Origin: Lingula anatina
Taxonomy: Eukaryota > Animalia > Brachiopoda
Length of the DNA stretch: 64,000 nucleotides
Assembly (NCBI GenBank): GCA_051362555.1
Contig: CM120646.1
Location: 6,200,001 to 6,264,000 of the forward strand
Direction: 5' to 3'
Shown: one piece after another, positions 63,526-64,000 of the stretch
Numbering within the stretch: position 1 is the first letter of the stretch
Layout of the letters: every line of letters starts with the position of its first letter
Notes under the pieces: generated by a model
The model's input: the letters and a program-made list of their open reading frames with translations, nothing else
Told to the model about the DNA's origin: nothing
The model's database searches: none
Program-made: the position numbers and the translations under genes

Positions 63526-64000
63526 TTATTTGTTTTGCATAATCCACATCAACTGTTCCTCAACAATGGCCAGCTGCTGTTGTTGTTTTATCATAGACTC
63601 CAATAAATCTTGGTATTGTTGAAGAAGTAGGAGCTGGAGACTTTTCTCTGCGAGGGTGAATTCTTGTTCATTCTAAAAAATAAATATAAATATATAGGCG
63701 AGTAAAAGCTTAGACAATAAATGATTTGAAGAAAGATAACTTGACTGCTATTCATATAACCCTTGTTAATTGCGCTATTTGACCATTTGAAATCTCTTTT
63801 TTTTTTTGTTATTATTGACATTTATCATTAAAAATAGAAAATAAATAAAATTATTATTTTCAAAACTTATACCTCGTTTTTGCCTGTCTGCATCCCATCC
63901 CTGGCGGTGTTTTGCCCCGAGTTAAGAGACATGGTAGTGATCTCTGCAACCATCTCCGCGAAAAGCTCAGTCTCCACAGTGTGGCTGATATTTCGTGTAA
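63526..64000 (-). CDS. Last two coding exons of a gene entering from beyond the window end; C-terminal coiled coil
   Basis: Exon >64000-63873 (RNISHTVETELFAEMVAEITTMSLNSGQNTARDGMQTGKNE, donor GTATAA) splices in phase 0 to exon 63672-63526 (NEQEFTLAEKSLQLLLLQQYQDLLESMIKQQQQLAIVEEQLMWIMQNK*). Family not identifiable. Confidence 0.6.

Noticed and set aside
63526-64000. Assignment of the terminal coiled-coil gene to a TRP channel
   Set aside because: Only a generic coiled coil is visible; no diagnostic motif.

Overview
AT-rich, intron-containing animal DNA. The MyD88 architecture and repeat types suggest a marine invertebrate, probably a lophotrochozoan/mollusc (inferred, not proven). I assembled the genes by hand from splice sites and intron phases. 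(1) A complete 6-exon MyD88 on the minus strand (CDS 43299->26445, 435 aa) with death domain, TIR domain and a polybasic C-terminal extension. (2) Head-to-head with it, a complete 17-exon plus-strand gene (45928-57172, 907 aa) that I recognise as a SIX6OS1/C14orf39-like synaptonemal complex central-element protein. It has a clear U12-type intron and a Phe/FG-rich acidic tail. (3) An orphan type-I membrane mucin-like gene with 12-aa MIDGT repeats (minus, 14483->11424). (4) Two partial minus-strand genes at the window edges. The rest is dense with DNA-transposon relics: a pogo-like element carrying a decayed OTU protease plus PHD finger, a Harbinger/ISL2EU-type SWIM transposase relic, at least 8 copies of one palindromic MITE, several MITEs with 5-bp TSDs, and a Helentron/HINE-like element with internal tandem repeats. 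I found no rRNA, tRNA or CRISPR array.
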